Assembly (NCBI GenBank): GCA_050249195.1
Contig: JBFWQY010000022.1
Coordinates: forward strand, 18,720-82,719
Length of the DNA stretch: 64,000 nt
Direction: 5' to 3'
Source: Bdellovibrionales bacterium
GTDB taxonomy: Bacteria > Bdellovibrionota > Bdellovibrionia > Bdellovibrionales > UBA1609
The notes beneath the pieces were generated by a model. That model searched no databases. It was not told the DNA's origin and saw only the letters and a list, made by a program, of their open reading frames with translations. This document shows, one piece after another, positions 59,708-64,000 of the stretch (the first letter of the stretch is position 1; each line of letters opens with the position of its first letter). The translations under genes were made by a program, and so were the position numbers.

Positions 59708-61302
59708 GCCCGGAGAGCTTACGCAAATGCAAGGTGCTTTTCCTCGATTGTCAGACCACAGGCATGCGTCCTCCCTCAGGGCAGGTGCTCGAGCTCGCCT
59801 GGCAGGTGAACGGAGCGCCCGTGGAATCCCATCTCCTGCGGCTGCCCGAAGGCGCCTCTATTCCCTCGCGAGTGCGGGAGATGACCGGCTTGAGTGAACA
59901 CAACCTGAAGGACGCTCGCGAAGCGAGAGATGTGATCGCGCACCTGAGTGAGCAGATCCGGGCGCTCGAGCCGGCCGTGGCCGTGATCCACTATGCCCAG
60001 TTTGAACGTCCCTTCCTGAAGGACCTCTTTCGGCGTCACCTGGATCTGGATGATCTGCCGCTTTCCATACTCTGCACCCACCAATTGAGCAAACGTCTCT
60101 TTCCCAGACTTCCGAGCCGGAACATTCGGGCCGTAGCCGGATACTTTGGAACTCCGGTGATCGGCCCCCATCGTGCCGGAACGTTCGTGGAGGCCACTCG
60201 TCAGATATGGGAGGGTTTGTGTCCGGACCTGGATCGGTTGGGATTAACGGATATCTCAACAATTCAGGAGTGGCTCCAGTCCAAACCTCCTCCAAAATCC
60301 AGCCGCTACGTCTACCGCATGGAACGCGTTAAACGTTTGAACCTGCCTGAATCTCCCGGAGTTTACCGGATGCTCGCCAAGAACGGCCAGGTCCTTTATG
60401 TCGGTAAGGCCACCTCGCTGCGCGCGCGGGTCAACAGCTACTTCCGAGGCAAGAAAGGGCGTGACGCAAAGACTCTGGAGATGCTGGCGCAGGTTTGGGA
60501 TTTCGAGATCACTCCCTGCGGATCGCCGCTCGAAGCCGCACTTCTCGAGTCGGATGAAATCAAGCGCCTCAACCCACCCTATAACATTGTCCTGAAGACG
60601 GGTCGACGCCACCTTGTCTATTACGCACGAGACTTTGCCTCATGCACGACAACTCAGTCGGTCACGCATCCGATTGGTCCTTTCCGCAATCAAAATTGGA
60701 TCGAGCATTTGCGCCTGCTTGAACTCTCAATCCGGAGCGGGCGCTTTCAACAGATTTTTTTTAATCCATTGCCGGAGGAAAACCTCCGTGCCGGCTTTGA
60801 ATTGTTTTGTCAGCAGCAAAACGATCCCGATCTGCAGACCGTGCGCGACTTTCTGGCATTTGGCCTGCGCCTGTACCGGGTGCATAAAGAACAGAAAGAA
60901 CAGACGGAGTCGGGAGAACCAGGCGAGTTGCCAGAACCTCATTCGTCCAAGGAAACGAAAGAATCGGCGGAGGATTCAGCCCCACGCGAAGTCACGGTTG
61001 AGGAGATTGCGGCAAAGTTCGAGCGACTCCTGCGCCGCGCGGGAGCGGAGTACGCACGCAGCAAAAAACTCACCCGGCTGCTCAACTCAAGAATCCTTTT
61101 GGACTCGTCGCGCCGGCTGGAATTTCGCCATGGTCATTATGATCACTTTCATCAGTATGATCACCCGGGATCATCCGCGCGGCCGCCTTCCTCCAGCACA
61201 CTTCCATGGGCCCACCTAGGTATCGAGACATTCGATCGGATGTCGATACTACAGGCTGAGCTGGACCGATCCCAAGGCGCCCAGGTTGAGCGCCTCAGAT
61301 AA
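59704..61302 (+). CDS. Degenerate DEDDh exonuclease fused to a GIY-YIG (UvrC-N/Cho-like) nuclease
   Basis: FLDCQTTG, HYAQFE, HRA; PGVYRM...VLYVGKATSLRARVNSYF...ALLESDEIK..NPPYN. Confidence 0.88.
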   Translation: MSPESLRKCKVLFLDCQTTGMRPPSGQVLELAWQVNGAPVESHLLRLPEGASIPSRVREMTGLSEHNLKDAREARDVIAHLSEQIRALEPAVAVIHYAQFERPFLKDLFRRHLDLDDLPLSILCTHQLSKRLFPRLPSRNIRAVAGYFGTPVIGPHRAGTFVEATRQIWEGLCPDLDRLGLTDISTIQEWLQSKPPPKSSRYVYRMERVKRLNLPESPGVYRMLAKNGQVLYVGKATSLRARVNSYFRGKKGRDAKTLEMLAQVWDFEITPCGSPLEAALLESDEIKRLNPPYNIVLKTGRRHLVYYARDFASCTTTQSVTHPIGPFRNQNWIEHLRLLELSIRSGRFQQIFFNPLPEENLRAGFELFCQQQNDPDLQTVRDFLAFGLRLYRVHKEQKEQTESGEPGELPEPHSSKETKESAEDSAPREVTVEEIAAKFERLLRRAGAEYARSKKLTRLLNSRILLDSSRRLEFRHGHYDHFHQYDHPGSSARPPSSSTLPWAHLGIETFDRMSILQAELDRSQGAQVERLR

Positions 61303-61391
61303 AGGCCTCTTCTCCAACGGGACAGATTTCCTCATCAATTCCAAAATGCCTCAGGCTTCCTCATTGTGCCTCCTTTTGAGCTTCGCCCCAC

Positions 61392-61408
61392 TTGGAACTG
61401 AAAGTGCA
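61392..61408 (+). promoter_or_regulatory. Possible sigma-54 promoter
   Basis: TTGGAACTGAAAGTGCA has GG-N10-GC spacing, ~30 bp before the ATG. Confidence 0.4.
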
Positions 61409-61439
61409 CCAGCAGCTGGCACAATCGAGGAGGCTGGTT

Positions 61440-63017
61440 ATGGGTTCAGCGTATTTTGACGCGCATTCGCTCTGGCAGATTTCAGATAAGCCGCTGTACA
61501 CATCGGTCGCCCAAAACCTGAGGGTGGATACATGCATCGTCGGCGCCGGGATTGCCGGACTGAGTGTCGCCTATATGTTGGCCAAAGCCGGACAAAAGGT
61601 AGTGGTGCTGGATCGCGAGCGTTTGGGATTGGGTGAGACCGGCTTGACGTCGGCCCATCTGTCCAATGCGCTTGATGATCGATTCTCGGAGCTTCAACGT
61701 CTGCATGGCCGGGAAGGCGCACGTCTGGCGGCGGAGAGTCACACCCAAGCCATTGATTGGATCGAAAAAATCCAGGAGGAAGAACACATTGATTGTGGCT
61801 TTGAGCGTGTCAGCGGGTACCTTTTCCTTTCCCCCGATGACAAACTGGATTTGCTGACACGGGAGCTGGGAGCCGCACACGAAGCCGGACTTCGCCAGGT
61901 TCGCCTTCTTCCGAAAGCGCCCGTAAGCTTTTTCGACTCGGGCCCGTGTCTGGAGTTTCCTCACCAGGCCAAGTTTCATCCGGTTCGCTACATTGACGGG
62001 CTCGCACATGCGATACAGAGACTCGGAGGTCAGATTTCCACTCACTCCGAAGCGATTGAAATCCGCGGGGGAAGATCCGCATGCGTCACCACGAGTTCAG
62101 GCTTCAAGGTTGAGTGTGAGAACATCGTGGTGGCGACGAATGCGCCGGTCAACAATCTGGTTTCGATTCCCGCTAAAAACGCGGCTTACCGAACCTATAT
62201 TATCGGAATCCCCTTTGGCGAACTTGCGCCTTCGGATGATGTGCTCCTATGGGACACGACCGATCCCTATCATTATGTTCGCTTCGTTAAACATCCCGAC
62301 ACGGGAGAGGACATTCTGCTCGTTGGAGGCGAGGACCACCGCACCGGTCAGGAGGTGGATCCGGAGAAGCATTTCACAAATCTGGCGAGATGGGTTCGCC
62401 AATATCTGGATATCGATCAAAGGGTCATCACGCGTTGGTCGGGACAGATTATGGAACCAGTGGATGGTCTGGCTTATATTGGTCGAAATCCTGGTGATAA
62501 GGACAACGTGTATATCGTCACGGGAGATTCAGGCCATGGCCTGACCCATGGAACGATTGCGGGCCTTCTGCTACGAGACCTCATCCTCGGTCACGATAAT
62601 CCGTGGGCTAAGCTCTATGATCCCTCACGATTGCATTTGCGCTCGCTAACCCGATTCATGAAAGAGGCGGCGCAATCCACGCTTCCCTATAGCGACTGGC
62701 TTTCTGACGGTGACGTTGATTCCCCTCAGGATATTGAACCCGGCGAAGGGGCTGTCATACGAGATGGATTAACCAAAGTGGCGGTCTATAAAGACGAAAT
62801 GGGACGCCTCCACTCATGCTCCGCCGTCTGTACCCATCTGGGCGGCATCGTCCGCTGGAATTCCGCAGAAAAAACCTGGGATTGTCCTTGCCATGGTTCC
62901 CGGTTCGATCGCTTTGGTCAGGTGGTTAACGGCCCGGCGATCAGCGAGCTCTCACCTGTGCCGGACCCACGCGTCGCGGTCGAAAGCGGGATCGGCCAAA
63001 TTTCGCCGATCCCGTAA
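61440..63017 (+). CDS. FAD-dependent oxidoreductase with C-terminal Rieske [2Fe-2S] domain (YhfW-like)
   Basis: VGAGIAG, DGLAYIG, CTHLG...WDCPCHGSRF; GAGGAGG RBS. Confidence 0.93.
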   Translation: MGSAYFDAHSLWQISDKPLYTSVAQNLRVDTCIVGAGIAGLSVAYMLAKAGQKVVVLDRERLGLGETGLTSAHLSNALDDRFSELQRLHGREGARLAAESHTQAIDWIEKIQEEEHIDCGFERVSGYLFLSPDDKLDLLTRELGAAHEAGLRQVRLLPKAPVSFFDSGPCLEFPHQAKFHPVRYIDGLAHAIQRLGGQISTHSEAIEIRGGRSACVTTSSGFKVECENIVVATNAPVNNLVSIPAKNAAYRTYIIGIPFGELAPSDDVLLWDTTDPYHYVRFVKHPDTGEDILLVGGEDHRTGQEVDPEKHFTNLARWVRQYLDIDQRVITRWSGQIMEPVDGLAYIGRNPGDKDNVYIVTGDSGHGLTHGTIAGLLLRDLILGHDNPWAKLYDPSRLHLRSLTRFMKEAAQSTLPYSDWLSDGDVDSPQDIEPGEGAVIRDGLTKVAVYKDEMGRLHSCSAVCTHLGGIVRWNSAEKTWDCPCHGSRFDRFGQVVNGPAISELSPVPDPRVAVESGIGQISPIP

Positions 63018-63069
63018 GCAAAGTGGTGAGTCAAACGTCTGGCCGCTGCGGATTCGACGCAAGAACCAA

Positions 63070-63486
63070 TCAGAGTCGACCGGTGGGCGCCGGCCTTCCA
63101 GTTGTCACACGAATTCCATGGACGCGTTTGTCAGCTTCGCTTTTCTCTCGGCTCAACACAACCAGTGCAAAGGCGCCCACTCCCATAATATAGTGTAGGT
63201 ACTCCTGAGCCGGGGTCAGGAAAGCGCGGTAATCAAACACCCAGGGCGCGACAATCACCAAAGCTCCCAAAAGGACATCTAAGGTCATATGGACACCGAG
63301 GGGAATTACCCGGAGAGCGGCATAGTGATAGTTTGTGAACAAACTGTAGAGAATCAAAAAGAATCCACTGAGCATAAAGACATTTCGGGCCACGTCGATG
63401 TCGGCGAAGCCAAACAGAAACGGAGCCACAATTAAAACCCCACCGACCACATAGTCCAAAATATTGTGTGTTCGTAAGCTGATCAT
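63070..63486 (-). CDS. SPW-repeat membrane protein
   Basis: H..LDY, APFLFG, YSLFTNY, H..LD, APWVF. Confidence 0.85.
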   Translation of the reverse strand: MISLRTHNILDYVVGGVLIVAPFLFGFADIDVARNVFMLSGFFLILYSLFTNYHYAALRVIPLGVHMTLDVLLGALVIVAPWVFDYRAFLTPAQEYLHYIMGVGAFALVVLSREKSEADKRVHGIRVTTGRPAPTGRL

Positions 63487-63506
63487 AGTCCCTCCTCTTA
63501 TTAGGC

Positions 63507-63935
63507 TTAATGCATAGGATGAGTGGGTTCAGAGATTTTCTCCAAAGCCTCACCCGCGAGTTGCTCATTCACACGTGTCGCCAGATCACCCAGCGCCACG
63601 ACCCCCACCAACTTTTTCTCTCGGTCCACAACGACTAAGCGCCGGATCTGTCGAGTTTCCATTAATCGGGCGGCCTCATCAATATCGCAGTCCTCGAAGC
63701 ACCACACCACAGGCGTGGTCATAATGTCCGCCGCGCGCACGTCGTCCGGATTTTCTCCGCGGGCCACGACTTGGATCGCGATATCACGGTCCGTAATCAT
63801 GCCCAGGATACGCTGGCCATCGCAAACGGGTACCGCGCCTATGTCGTGCTGATCCATTTGACGTGCGGCCTCGCGAGCCGTGGTATCAGGCGCAATGACG
63901 AGTACATCTGTCGTCATAATGTCTTTTAGTTTCAT
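63507..63935 (-). CDS. CBS-domain protein
   Basis: DIMT, IGAVPV, GMITDRDI, QIRRLVV, GVVALGD; AAGGAGG RBS. Confidence 0.93.
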   Translation of the reverse strand: MKLKDIMTTDVLVIAPDTTAREAARQMDQHDIGAVPVCDGQRILGMITDRDIAIQVVARGENPDDVRAADIMTTPVVWCFEDCDIDEAARLMETRQIRRLVVVDREKKLVGVVALGDLATRVNEQLAGEALEKISEPTHPMH

Positions 63936-64000
63936 GAAGGAGTCCTCCTTAAAGAGTCCGTAAAGAAACTCTAATCGAGCAAGAATCATTCCTTCGTTGA

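Noticed and set aside
61130-61166. His-rich HGHYDHFHQYDH repeat resembling the TATGATCA repeat at 52737
   Set aside because: Short and within coding sequence; most likely coincidental.

Overview
Gene-dense bacterial chromosomal window. It is probably from Bdellovibrionota; this is inferred from the gene families present (TamB/BamA pair, pilin-like proteins with Cys-rich tails, the 'EERR...YSSLFEY' HNH family, a STAS/HATPase pair). Most genes are housekeeping: split comEC, ald, lpxC, ruvCAB, efp, nupC-like, lon, gpmA, fadD-like, M17 and M1 aminopeptidases, FKBP, apaG, thpR. The most unusual region is ~47.7-57.2 kb. Two tandem prepilin-like genes there end in an identical 33-aa (GP)11-GGPGPGTDPGN tail although 27 of 33 codons differ synonymously. 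They sit among three membrane-anchored alkaline-phosphatase-superfamily enzymes with Thr at the nucleophile position, a BASS transporter and three unknown exported proteins, which makes this a candidate pilus-decoration system. Three paralogous secreted Cys/Gly-rich proteins share a C-terminal RCxxGxxxxC motif, and each has a GTCTCA-N3-TGAGAC palindrome upstream. The window also holds a 127-bp MITE-like element, a decayed HNH gene, a kinase remnant, and a nuclease-XPD helicase gene paired with a degenerate DEDDh-GIY-YIG gene. No rRNA, tRNA or CRISPR array was recognised. All calls come from reading motifs by eye; no searches were run.
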